32,000 nt of DNA from Nitrosopumilus maritimus SCM1 (GCF_000018465.1 NC_010085.1:1590001-1622000), one strand, 5' to 3'. Positions 1 through 8,155 are shown, counted from the stretch's first letter. A program made the numbers and translations. Notes: generated from the letters alone by a model not told the origin.

Positions 1-453
1 AAAATTCTATGTACATTTTCAAAAATTCCAAATGAAAAAATTGAAAGTGAAATTAAAAAAATTAAAGAAAAACTAAATGAAAGTTTTGTTGTTGACGTAG
101 AAATCAAAGAAGAAGCATTAGACTCTGGTGCGTCTTTATTAGTTTACAGTATTGATGAGAATTCAATTATAGGAATTGATTCATTATTTGATAAAAAAAT
201 AGAGAGTTTTGACGTAGATCTTGATGGATTTTTAGAAGATATAGCAGTGGATGAGAATCTGGCAGACATGATTGTAGTTCCAGCAAGTGTGGCCAAAGGC
301 AAGACAATCTTTCAAGTCAAAAAAATTACAAAACACTTGGAAACCAACTTGTTTGTAACATCAAAAATTTCTGGTTGCAAATATGGAATAGGCAAATTAC
401 CTAATGGTTTTGAAGTAATTATTGAAGGAACATCATACTCCAGCATCAAGTAA
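1..453 (+). CDS. rtcA: RNA 3'-terminal phosphate cyclase, C-terminal part (5' truncated by window edge)
   Basis: Frame 1 is open from base 1. It encodes ...EALDSGASLLVYSIDENSIIGIDSLF...DENLADMIVVPASVAKGKTIFQVKKITKHLETNLFVTSKISGCKYGI, matching the RtcA C-terminal pattern (GAS-lvl, ladqlv-PalA-g...H..TN). Confidence 0.75.
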   Translation, partial: KILCTFSKIPNEKIESEIKKIKEKLNESFVVDVEIKEEALDSGASLLVYSIDENSIIGIDSLFDKKIESFDVDLDGFLEDIAVDENLADMIVVPASVAKGKTIFQVKKITKHLETNLFVTSKISGCKYGIGKLPNGFEVIIEGTSYSSIK

Positions 454-930
454 TGCTGCAAAGAATAGTATTGCTACAGATAGAACTACAGTAATTTCTC
501 CAAGAATAATGATTTTTTTTCTTAATTTTTGAATTTGAGGTTCAGGCATTTGGTTTGACATTATTTTATCTTCAACATCTTTTCGAATTACTCGAACATG
601 AACAATGTATGTAATAATTAGTGCAATTACAAGAAGTATCTTGATTATAAGAAAAGTTCCATAACTTGTTGCAACAAGAAGTTCTGGTTTACTTAGTAAC
701 ACATGAGAACTATACAATCCTGTTGCCATCAAAATAATTAATGAAGGGACAGCTACTTTGTTAAATCGTCTTCCAACACGAATCATAATTTGCATTCTTT
801 CTTCAATTGAGTTTGTCATAGTTTTGAGAAGAGGAGAAAAAACTATTCCAATGAATAATGATCCACCTACCCAAATTGCAGCTGCAACAAGATGAATCCA
901 AGTAAGAATTGCTTGCTCTATTGCTGCCAT
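433..930 (-). CDS. CopD-like / DUF2269-like multi-pass membrane protein
   Basis: Four hydrophobic helices with conserved HLVAAAIWVGGSLFIG and YGTFLIIKILLV segments typical of the CopD-like family. Confidence 0.6.
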   Translation of the reverse strand: MAAIEQAILTWIHLVAAAIWVGGSLFIGIVFSPLLKTMTNSIEERMQIMIRVGRRFNKVAVPSLIILMATGLYSSHVLLSKPELLVATSYGTFLIIKILLVIALIITYIVHVRVIRKDVEDKIMSNQMPEPQIQKLRKKIIILGEITVVLSVAILFFAALLDAGV

Positions 931-1011
931 AGTTTATCATATTTTGAATGAAATATTATGTATTTGGATCTTGACAACCTTTTTTAGTTGTACGTAATTT
1001 GATAGATTGAA

Positions 1012-1506
1012 ATGGCACTTCAGAGCAGAATGACAGTCTATGTTGCAATAGCAGGAGTTCTTGCCTTGATGGGAGGAATTGTATTCTATGCTAGTTTAGA
1101 TAATGCTCAGTTAGAACAAGCAGAGATTGAATTGTTTAGTGTTGAATTGATAGATGTAGATAATGTAAAAAATCAAGCAAAGTTTGATGTTACATTTCTT
1201 GTAAAAAATCCAAGTGATAAAGCATTTACTGTCGGAGTAATTGATTATCAACTTTTTACTGATGGAGTTGAATTGGGTTCGGGTCAATATTCTGCAATGG
1301 ATGTTGCATTACCAGGAAGAGCAGTATTTTCTTCAGGGGATCAAATACCATTGAAGAGCATATTTGTATTAACAAAATCAGAAACTAGTCCAGAAATTTA
1401 CGAAGATATGATAAATGAAAGAATCAATAGTTTTTCTGCTGAGGGTATGCTCACTACTCAGACTTCGTGGAGTACTATTGACAAAGAATTCAGTACTGGT
1501 TTTTAA
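1012..1506 (+). CDS. Membrane-anchored LEA14/WHy-like extracytoplasmic protein, function unknown
   Basis: N-terminal TM segment, then a beta-rich stretch FDVTFLVKNPSDKAFTVGVIDYQLFTDGVELGSG resembling LEA14-like domains. Confidence 0.5.
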   Translation: MALQSRMTVYVAIAGVLALMGGIVFYASLDNAQLEQAEIELFSVELIDVDNVKNQAKFDVTFLVKNPSDKAFTVGVIDYQLFTDGVELGSGQYSAMDVALPGRAVFSSGDQIPLKSIFVLTKSETSPEIYEDMINERINSFSAEGMLTTQTSWSTIDKEFSTGF

Positions 1507-1514
1507 TTAAAAAG

Positions 1515-1588
1515 TGGGCCGAGAGAGATTCGAACTCACGATCACCGCCGTGTCGAGGCGGTATCCTAACCAGCTAGACTACCGGCCC
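1515..1588 (-). tRNA. tRNA-Val(GAC)
   Basis: Reverse complement GGGCCGG-TA-GTCT-AGCTGGTTA-GGAT-A-CCGCC-TCGACAC-GGCGG-TGATC-GTGAG-TTCGAAT-CTCTC-TCGGCCC-A folds as a cloverleaf: 7-bp acceptor, D-stem, 5-bp anticodon stem, T-loop TTCGAAT, discriminator A. Anticodon is GAC. Confidence 0.88.
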
Positions 1589-1670
1589 ATTGAAATACAA
1601 AACTAAATTGTGGCATTATTAACGTTTAACAAAAGAAAGGATGAATAAAAAGAAGAAAGGCGTGAATTAG

Positions 1671-2381
1671 TTGGAAGATAATTTTACTGAAGAAGAGAAA
1701 AAAGGATTCTACAAGGCAATTTATTCAAGAAGGGATGTAAGGTCTCATTTTACATCAAGGCCTATTGAAGATGAGGTTCTCTCAAAAATTCTTCATGCAG
1801 CACATCATGCACCATCTGTAGGATTCTCACAGCCATGGAATTTCATTCTGATAAAAGATATTGAAACAAAAAAGAAGATTAAAGCATCATTTGAAGAAGA
1901 AAAGAATCGTTCATCACAATTAGTAGAGGAGCCAAAGAGATCAAAGTATCTTTCATTCAAACTAGAAGGAATTTTAGAATCCCCGGTAAATTTGTGTGTA
2001 ACATATGATCCATCAAAATTTGGCCCATTTGTGATAGGCAGATCCAGCATACCAGAAGCAGGATTGTATAGTGTATGTTGCGCAATTCAAAATTTATGGT
2101 TATCAGCCAGAACAGAAGGAATTGGTCTTGGATGGGTAAGCATTTTATCAAATGAAACACTAAAAGAAAATTTAGAATTACCAGAACATGTTGTTCCTGT
2201 AGCGTATTTGTGTTTAGGATATGTAGATGACTTTGCAGAAAAACCAGATCTTGAAACTGCTGGTTGGTTACCAAGACTTGATCTAAAAGACGTAGTATAC
2301 TTTGAAAAATGGAATGACCAACAAAACGAAAGTTGGAACAGTATTCAAAAAATGATCAAAGAAAATCTTGACTACGCTTAA
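1671..2381 (+). CDS. bluB: 5,6-dimethylbenzimidazole synthase (nitroreductase-fold BluB)
   Basis: FYKAIYSRRDVRSHFTSRPIEDEVLSKILHAAHHAPSVGFSQPWNFILIKD ... GLGWVSIL...PEHVVPVAYLCLGYVDDF...PDLETAGW is characteristic of BluB. Confidence 0.88.
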   Translation: MEDNFTEEEKKGFYKAIYSRRDVRSHFTSRPIEDEVLSKILHAAHHAPSVGFSQPWNFILIKDIETKKKIKASFEEEKNRSSQLVEEPKRSKYLSFKLEGILESPVNLCVTYDPSKFGPFVIGRSSIPEAGLYSVCCAIQNLWLSARTEGIGLGWVSILSNETLKENLELPEHVVPVAYLCLGYVDDFAEKPDLETAGWLPRLDLKDVVYFEKWNDQQNESWNSIQKMIKENLDYA

Positions 2382-2405
2382 ATAATTAAGAATGTTTTTT
2401 TTGCT

Positions 2406-2498
2406 GGGCTTGTGGCGCAGAGTCAATTTGACGCGAAACATGGATAGCGTGGTAGCCTCCTAAGTTACAGGTCGAGGGATCGAAGCCCTCCAAGCCCG
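2406..2498 (+). tRNA. tRNA-Arg(CCT) with an apparent ~18-20 nt insertion (probable intron) in the D-loop
   Basis: Acceptor GGGCTTG/CAAGCCC (2406-2412/2491-2497); D-stem GCGC/GCGT (2415-2418/2447-2450); anticodon stem GTAGC/GTTAC with loop CTCCTAA (anticodon CCT at 2459-2461); T-stem GAGGG/CCCTC with loop ATCGAAG. The D-loop 2419-2446 is 28 nt instead of about 8-11. Confidence 0.85.
2421..2441 (+). other. Region containing the candidate D-loop intron (exact splice sites not resolved)
   Basis: Sequence AGTCAATTTGACGCGAAACAT lies between A14/G15 and G18/G19 equivalents. It contains the short hairpin GTCA-ATT-TGAC. Confidence 0.55.
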
Positions 2499-2548
2499 TT
2501 TTGTTTTTTGTTCTAGAAATTTAAATAGAAAAAAGATTGGCTCTAGTT

Positions 2549-3073
2549 ATGAAAGTTGTAGTAATTTCTGGTAGTCCAAGAAAAAATGCAAATACACAGA
2601 TTATAATGAAATATGTTTACGAATACACAAAATCAAAGAATCAAGATGTTAAACTCATCAATTTATCTGACGGACAAATTGAATGCTATAGAGGTCCTGA
2701 AGAAGAATATAATCAAGCAACAAAAGATGCTGCTAAAGACATTATGGAGGCAGATGTATGGCTAATTGGTTCCCCAATTTACAATTCATTTTTCAGTTCT
2801 GCGCTCAAAAACTTGTTTGAATATATCAATTACAAGGAAACTGCAGGAAAGGTTGCAGGAATGGCAATTTTGGCTGCAGGAAATATAGGGTTCATTGATG
2901 TTCAAACATTAATCACTCAGTTATTGTCATACTTCAGAGTAATCACAAATCCAAAAGCCGTTTTCTTAACTACAGAATCAATAAATGAAAATAATATTTC
3001 AGAAGATGGACAAACTAGACTAAAAGAAATGGTTGATGAGACTTTGAAAATGGCAGAAAAACTAGAAGATTAA
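2549..3073 (+). CDS. NADPH-dependent FMN reductase / flavodoxin-fold NAD(P)H oxidoreductase
   Basis: MKVVVISGSPRKNANTQIIMKYVYEYTKS...ADVWLIGSPIYNSFFSSALKNLFEYI matches the NADPH-dependent FMN reductase family. The track's TTG start at 2537 is probably 12 nt too far upstream; the ATG at 2549 is preferred. Confidence 0.85.
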   Translation: MKVVVISGSPRKNANTQIIMKYVYEYTKSKNQDVKLINLSDGQIECYRGPEEEYNQATKDAAKDIMEADVWLIGSPIYNSFFSSALKNLFEYINYKETAGKVAGMAILAAGNIGFIDVQTLITQLLSYFRVITNPKAVFLTTESINENNISEDGQTRLKEMVDETLKMAEKLED

Positions 3074-3310
3074 TCAATATGATTTTTAAAATATATAAAT
3101 TCTAACATGGAAAAAATTTCAAATGTTTTTTGAATTATATAGATTTTAAAATATTGAAAATTTATTTGATAAAATTCTAAAAATTATCAAATCCAACATG
3201 AACATACTTATTAAAAATTAATTTTGGATTTAAGATATCTCTGAGTTTTCCAAATATTACATTGAAAAACTGTAAAAGTCAAATACTAACAATAACTAGA
3301 AAATATACAA

Positions 3311-3430
3311 TTGAGTAACAAAAAAGATCCCACAGAACTATGTTCATGTAAATGTCATTATGGGGGAGCAGAAAGTTGTCCAGATTGTAAGAATAATCAT
3401 GGAATTGTTTGTTCCCATTGTAAAGAATAG
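3311..3430 (+). CDS. Cys-rich putative zinc-ribbon microprotein (39 aa, TTG start)
   Basis: ORF MSNKKDPTELCSCKCHYGGAESCPDCKNNHGIVCSHCKE* has 7 Cys in CxCxCH...CxxC...CxxC. It ends one base before the convergent gene at 3432. It is below the length cut-off of the supplied track. Confidence 0.55.
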   Translation: MSNKKDPTELCSCKCHYGGAESCPDCKNNHGIVCSHCKE

Positions 3431-3431
3431 A

Positions 3432-3893
3432 TTATTTCTTTTTTGATGCTAACATTTTCAAATTAGCTAATTCAGTTTTTAATGATTCAATCTGTACAAG
3501 AGTTTGTAGATTAGAAATTTCTTGATTTAATCTTTCAATTTCACTGTCTTTTAGTTTTACAGTTTCTTTTAGATTGTTTAATTCAGAAGATAATTCAGTT
3601 TGAACTTGTTTAATTTCTGAAAGACTTACTTGTGTACCAGTTGTTGTGGTTTGAACTGTTTGTGCGTTACTCAAGCTTTTTTTTTCGCTGTGATGGGCAT
3701 GTTTATGCATGTAGTCTGTACTTTTTTGAGATATCCAGCAAGTAAATACCAGGAACCACATAATTGGGACTGCCATAATGAATACAAAGTTCAGTATTGG
3801 GGCAAAGTCTACAAAGTATGGCCAAAGTGCAGTCAATATTGCTGCAAACACAGCAGTTACAACTGTAGCCAAATGGTTTCCTAAATATCCCAT
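3432..3893 (-). CDS. Membrane protein with two N-terminal TM helices and a C-terminal coiled coil, unknown function
   Basis: Hydrophobic N-terminus (VVTAVFAAILTALWPYFVDF..., FIMAVPIMWFLVFTCWI) followed by heptad-like QTELSSELNNLKETVKLKDSEIERLNQEISNLQTLVQIESLKTELANL. Confidence 0.6.
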   Translation of the reverse strand: MGYLGNHLATVVTAVFAAILTALWPYFVDFAPILNFVFIMAVPIMWFLVFTCWISQKSTDYMHKHAHHSEKKSLSNAQTVQTTTTGTQVSLSEIKQVQTELSSELNNLKETVKLKDSEIERLNQEISNLQTLVQIESLKTELANLKMLASKKK

Positions 3894-3977
3894 AAATGAT
3901 TTGAAAAATTCATTGTTTATAATAGTAATGGTGAAATTCAGAGAATAATAATAATTAAAAAGAAAAAAGAGCCGAAT

Positions 3978-4208
3978 TTACTCGTCTTCTTCAGAAGCAG
4001 TTGTTGCTTTAGGCATATCAGATTGTAGGATTTGGATTTTTTGTAATAATTCAGTTCTTAGATCCCTTGCAACTCTTCTTACAGTAGGTCTTGGAACACC
4101 AAGCTCATCAACAACTTTGGTATAGATGTCTTGTTTGTCAGTTACCCCTTTGTCAAGATATGAATTAATTGCTTCTTTAATGATCGTACTCTGGTTTGTG
4201 CGATTCAA
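3978..4208 (-). CDS. Small putative helix-turn-helix DNA-binding protein (76 aa)
   Basis: AINSYLDKGVTDKQDIYTKVVDELGVPRPTVRRVARDLRTELLQKI reads as a helix-turn-helix (LGVPRPTVRRVARDL). Confidence 0.6.
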   Translation of the reverse strand: MNRTNQSTIIKEAINSYLDKGVTDKQDIYTKVVDELGVPRPTVRRVARDLRTELLQKIQILQSDMPKATTASEEDE

Positions 4209-4230
4209 CGAATTCTAAATTCTAACTGTT

Positions 4231-4238
4231 CTATATAA
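4231..4238 (-). promoter_or_regulatory. Candidate TATA box for the 3978-4208 gene (leaderless geometry)
   Basis: Minus strand TTATATAG is centred about 26-27 nt upstream of the start codon at 4208, the spacing expected if transcription starts at the start codon. Confidence 0.4.
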
Positions 4239-4445
4239 GACTATAACTTTTGAAATTTCAAAATTTTAATTTATAAGAAATTCATACTTTTCATTACAAA
4301 AAAATTCAAAGTCTTCAAAATAGTTATCTATCAACGAAAAACGTACTGAGAGTTGTAGATTTTTCAAAATAGATATGCAATCTATAAGAATTATCAAAAG
4401 TATTTTCGCAAAAGACTCTTATGATAATAGTTCAGAGTACTTCAT

Positions 4446-4922
4446 ATGACTACAGCAAATATTGAAACAAATTTTGGAAAAATTTCGTTTAAGCTTCTAC
4501 CAGATTTGGCTCCTGAGACAGTAAGAAACTTTGAAAAATTAGCCAAAGATGGATTCTATGATGGAACATTATTTCACAGAGTAATACCAGGATTTATGAT
4601 TCAAGGTGGAGACCCAAATACAAAAACAGATAACAAAAGTTCATGGGGTACAGGCGGTCCTGGATACAATGTAAAAGCAGAATTCAATTCGAGATCTCAT
4701 TTACGTGGAATTGTTTCAATGGCTAGAGCACAAGATCCAGATAGTGCAGGCTCACAATTCTTCATAGTTACAGCTGACAGTACATTCCTAGATAGACAGT
4801 ATACTGTATTTGGAGAGGTCACTGAAGGCATGGATGTAGCAGACAAAATTGTAAATCTCGAGAGAGACGGCAACGATTGTCCTTTGGAAAAAGCACAGAT
4901 GACTCGTGTAACTGTGGAATAA
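4446..4922 (+). CDS. Cyclophilin-type peptidyl-prolyl cis-trans isomerase
   Basis: FEKLAKDGFYDGTLFHRVIPGFMIQGGDP...GGPGYNVKAEF...HLRGIVSMARAQDPDSAGSQFFIVTADSTFLDRQYTVFGEV is a canonical cyclophilin. Confidence 0.95.
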   Translation: MTTANIETNFGKISFKLLPDLAPETVRNFEKLAKDGFYDGTLFHRVIPGFMIQGGDPNTKTDNKSSWGTGGPGYNVKAEFNSRSHLRGIVSMARAQDPDSAGSQFFIVTADSTFLDRQYTVFGEVTEGMDVADKIVNLERDGNDCPLEKAQMTRVTVE

Positions 4923-5819
4923 ATGAATTCAAAAATTTTTGCAGTTTTAGTTATTGTTTCTCTTGTAGCTGTAATTCCTACAGCTTATGCACAAGTTTCA
5001 ATTGCAGAAAAAGCTGATCAGAAATTAGTTGAAGTTAGGATTGACTTGGAAGGAAATGTTCATGTGACACATGTAATTGATGATACAAAATCGCCTAAAC
5101 AGGTTGATTTGATATCTGGAACAGTTTCAAATATTTCAGTCATAGATAAACAGGGAGGAGAAAAACAATTCTCAGTTGTTGGAGATAATAATGCAGTGTT
5201 AATTTTACCATCTAACGAAGATTCTATTTTACAATATGAGCTTGATGATGTTATTTCAGAAATAAATGATATATGGACATGGGATTTTTTGTATCTTGAA
5301 AGTACTTCTTTTATTTTACCTGAAGAAGTTGATTTGGTATTTGTAAATGAAAGACCTGTTTATCTTGGGGACATGAAAGGAATTAATTGTCATGGATGTC
5401 AGATGTTATTAGAATATTCTATAAACAAATTACAAATCAAACAAAACGTAGAATGGGAAGATAAACAATTTCTAGTAGAGATTGTTAGTAATTCCAATGT
5501 TGATAATTTTGTTTTTGATCAACCATCAAAGAGTATTGCTTTTGATGTTTCTGAAAAAAATAGATTTGTTAATACTGTGATCCCATTGGAATTACTATGG
5601 GGCCCTTATTCTGTATTTTTAGATGACGAAAAAATGTTTTATCAAGAATACTTCAATAATGGAACACATGTTTGGGTGACAATTGTTCCGGAAACATCAG
5701 GAGAAGTAACAATAATTGGAACAACTGTAGTGCCTGAATTTTCAATAATGTTACCATTAATCATAGGATTTTTTGTAATTCTTGCTATGCCTTTTATGAA
5801 AAAATTTAATCTCCGCTAG
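4923..5819 (+). CDS. Secreted, C-terminally membrane-anchored protein of unknown function
   Basis: Signal peptide (MNSKIFAVLVIVSLVAVIPTAYAQ) and C-terminal TM (FSIMLPLIIGFFVILAMPFMKKF). The ATG at 4923 directly follows the cyclophilin stop. Confidence 0.6.
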   Translation: MNSKIFAVLVIVSLVAVIPTAYAQVSIAEKADQKLVEVRIDLEGNVHVTHVIDDTKSPKQVDLISGTVSNISVIDKQGGEKQFSVVGDNNAVLILPSNEDSILQYELDDVISEINDIWTWDFLYLESTSFILPEEVDLVFVNERPVYLGDMKGINCHGCQMLLEYSINKLQIKQNVEWEDKQFLVEIVSNSNVDNFVFDQPSKSIAFDVSEKNRFVNTVIPLELLWGPYSVFLDDEKMFYQEYFNNGTHVWVTIVPETSGEVTIIGTTVVPEFSIMLPLIIGFFVILAMPFMKKFNLR

Positions 5820-5982
5820 AACCACATGAACAAAATCCATACTCGTCAATTCTAACATCACAAACAGGGCATTTTTCACCATAATCTACTTCCCATGGTT
5901 CTTTTCCAAATAATCTAAAATGATCATCAATTTCAATTGGAATTTCTCGTTTCTTTTCCAATAATTTGTATAGGTGTTGCAA
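5806..5982 (-). CDS. Small Cys-rich protein (58 aa, TTG start)
   Basis: Reverse-strand ORF MQHLYKLLEKKREIPIEIDDHFRLFGKEPWEVDYGEKCPVCDVRIDEYGFCSCGSSGD* has a CPxC...CxC zinc-ribbon-like pattern. It is not in the supplied track. Confidence 0.55.
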   Translation of the reverse strand: MQHLYKLLEKKREIPIEIDDHFRLFGKEPWEVDYGEKCPVCDVRIDEYGFCSCGSSGD

Positions 5983-6008
5983 CTATACATACATTATCGG
6001 AGAAAATA

Positions 6009-6197
6009 ATGAAAATCGAATGTGGATGTCATTGTATCAAATGTGGAAGCACAAATTTAGAATCCAATAGAGTCGGAGAGATAGAGAAAGACGGATATTT
6101 TGATATGCATCACACATGCAATGAATGCAATACACATTTTGATCACTTAGATGGAGAAATTTTTTCTAGTTGTGAAAAATGTAATTTTTCTAGTTAG
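6009..6197 (+). CDS. Small zinc-ribbon-like protein (62 aa)
   Basis: MKIECGCHCIKCGSTNLESNRVGEIEKDGYFDMHHTCNECNTHFDHLDGEIFSSCEKCNFSS has CGCHCxxCG...CNEC...CEKC. I reassign the start to ATG 6009 because the track's N-terminal extension (5937-6008) is not Cys-rich-like and is antisense to the 5806-5982 ORF. Confidence 0.65.
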   Translation: MKIECGCHCIKCGSTNLESNRVGEIEKDGYFDMHHTCNECNTHFDHLDGEIFSSCEKCNFSS

Positions 6198-6672
6198 TGA
6201 TTAAAGATTCTTCAACAAAGTAATGAGTTCTATTCTCATTAGAGTTTTTTAAAATTTCTTTATTTGATGCCATTTTTGCTAATGCTTTTGACACATCTAA
6301 AGGACTGGCTGCCCAACCATATTCAGATAATTGTTCAACAACTTCTGAAACTGTTCGAGGTGAATCAAAGAATCTACTAGTTTCCAAAATACGTAATTTT
6401 GATTTCACTTCATTTGCTGCAATACGTGTAGGTTCATTAAATTCTGGTTCAAATATTTCTGCATCATCAAGAGATTCTAAACCAGATTGAGTGGGAATTT
6501 CAATAGGAGTTGTAACAGGTTCAGTTTCATAAACAATTTTTGCATGACTTTCAGGCAAATGATTTGATATATTTTGGATAATTTCTCCTAAAGTTTGATT
6601 ATCAACGTAAAAATCTCTAGAATCAACCTCAATTTCATTCTCTCCTAGCTTGAGTTTTATTCTAGCCATCAT
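6190..6672 (-). CDS. Conserved-looking protein with possible C-terminal winged-helix region
   Basis: C-terminal SPRTVSEVVEQLSEYGWAASPLDVSKALAKMASNKEILKNSNENRTHYFVEE resembles a wHTH segment. The function of the N-terminal part is unknown. Confidence 0.5.
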   Translation of the reverse strand: MMARIKLKLGENEIEVDSRDFYVDNQTLGEIIQNISNHLPESHAKIVYETEPVTTPIEIPTQSGLESLDDAEIFEPEFNEPTRIAANEVKSKLRILETSRFFDSPRTVSEVVEQLSEYGWAASPLDVSKALAKMASNKEILKNSNENRTHYFVEESLITN

Positions 6673-6800
6673 AAAATAATCATGTAATTTTGATTTATTT
6701 TACTAGCTCTAAGGAGCTTTAAGAGTAAATCAAATCTTTTACACAATTTATTGGGATTTTTTTCCCTTTGGGTTAAAATGCAATTTTTTCAAAATTAATC

Positions 6801-7250
6801 ATGAATTCATCAAAGAAGGGTGGATTGATTGTTCTCTTCATTCTAGGAATGAGTATTTTTGGATATTCACAATACGCTTCAGCATCCCAAATAGGAATAA
6901 GCGTAACTCAGAGTGAATTATTGAGTGAGAATGAAAAAGGAGCAGAATACAATATTGAATTACAATTTGAAAATCCTTCATTGTTAATTTTAACTTCAGG
7001 CACAACTGAATTCTTTGTTATTGCAGATGAACAAATGGTGGGCAAAGGTCAGTTAGAACCATTCACAGTACAACCTCTAGATAGCACTCATGTTAAGGGA
7101 ATTTTTCACACAGATTCAGATGGTAAAGATGTTCAATCAGTAAAAATTACAGGTGTGACAAAATACGATGCATTCTTCACATCAATTGATATTCCATTTG
7201 TATATTATCCAACAGAAGAACAAGCAAGAGAATTTATACATCAAGATTAA
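6801..7250 (+). CDS. Secreted/membrane-anchored LEA14-like protein, unknown function
   Basis: Signal/TM N-terminus, then NIELQFENPSLLILTSGTTEFFVIADEQMVGKGQLEPFTVQPLDSTHVKGIF. Its architecture resembles the 1012-1506 protein. Confidence 0.5.
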   Translation: MNSSKKGGLIVLFILGMSIFGYSQYASASQIGISVTQSELLSENEKGAEYNIELQFENPSLLILTSGTTEFFVIADEQMVGKGQLEPFTVQPLDSTHVKGIFHTDSDGKDVQSVKITGVTKYDAFFTSIDIPFVYYPTEEQAREFIHQD

Positions 7251-7261
7251 TTTCTTGACAA

Positions 7262-8155
7262 ATGCTTACTGTTTTTGGTTCAACAGCACTAGACACAATT
7301 AGAACTCCAAAAAAAACACTAAAGAATGTTTTAGGAGGAGCTGCAACTTTTGCTGCAATCTCTGCAAGTAATTTTGTAGATACAGGACTAATTGCAGTTG
7401 TAGGAAAAGATTTTCCAAAACAACACCACAAAACTCTATCAAAATATCTTGATTTAGAAGGATTATCCATTAAAAATGGAAAAACATTTCGTTATGATGG
7501 AAAGTATGATGATACATTAAGTACTAGATCAACACTAAAAACAGAACTAAATGTGCTAGCAGATTTCAAACCTACAGTACCTGAGGCATATAGAAAATCT
7601 CAATTCGTGTATTTAGCAAATAATGATCCTGAACAAAATACGGCATTAATCAAAGAATTCGATAAAGTAAAATTTTCTATGTGCGATACAATTGATTTTT
7701 GGATTTCAACTAAGAGAAATGCGGTAATCAAGATGATAAAATCTGTAGATGCAGTTGTGATTAATGATGAAGAAGCTAAACTTCTCACAAAAGAATTCAA
7801 CTTGATAAAATGTGCAAAAAAAATGATGCAATGGGGCGCAAAGTATGTTATTATTAAAAAAGGAGAACATGGTTCGCTCATGTTTTACGATGACGTTATC
7901 TTTCCAACTGCGGGTTTTTCATTAGAGGATGTAGTAGATCCTACAGGTGCAGGAGACTCTTTTGCAGGTGCCATGATAGGTTATCTAGCAAGTAAAAAAT
8001 CAACTAGTCTATCTGAGATCAAAAAAGCAGTGATATATGGTAATGTTTTAGGTTCATTTGCAGTTGAAAAATATGGATTGGAAGGTTTGCTGAAGATCAA
8101 AAATGGAGACATTACAAAAAGAGTCAAGATGTATGAAAAAATGATCAGATTCTAA
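7262..8155 (+). CDS. PfkB/ribokinase-family sugar or nucleoside kinase
   Basis: AVVINDEEAKLLTKEF..., YVIIKKGEHGSLMF, and the PfkB signature DVVDPTGAGDSFAGAMIGYLA. Confidence 0.88.
   Translation: MLTVFGSTALDTIRTPKKTLKNVLGGAATFAAISASNFVDTGLIAVVGKDFPKQHHKTLSKYLDLEGLSIKNGKTFRYDGKYDDTLSTRSTLKTELNVLADFKPTVPEAYRKSQFVYLANNDPEQNTALIKEFDKVKFSMCDTIDFWISTKRNAVIKMIKSVDAVVINDEEAKLLTKEFNLIKCAKKMMQWGAKYVIIKKGEHGSLMFYDDVIFPTAGFSLEDVVDPTGAGDSFAGAMIGYLASKKSTSLSEIKKAVIYGNVLGSFAVEKYGLEGLLKIKNGDITKRVKMYEKMIRF

Noticed and set aside
1805-2274. Minus-strand ORFs 1805-2050 and 1957-2274
   Set aside because: Both lie entirely inside the well-supported bluB gene on the opposite strand, with no recognisable protein features.
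3074-3310. 237-bp very AT-rich gap considered as a possible ncRNA or origin-like element
   Set aside because: It has only loose A/T runs and weak inverted repeats, with no C/D or H/ACA box arrangement or ordered repeats that I could support.
3630-3884. Plus-strand 84-aa Cys-rich ORF (MCTSCCGLNCLCV...)
   Set aside because: Its Cys-rich look is tempting, but it is antisense to the membrane/coiled-coil gene 3432-3893. The cysteines come from the complement of Ala/Thr/Ile-coding sequence and show no regular metal-binding spacing.
7234-7881. Minus-strand ORFs 7234-7470 and 7600-7881
   Set aside because: They are antisense to the PfkB-family kinase.
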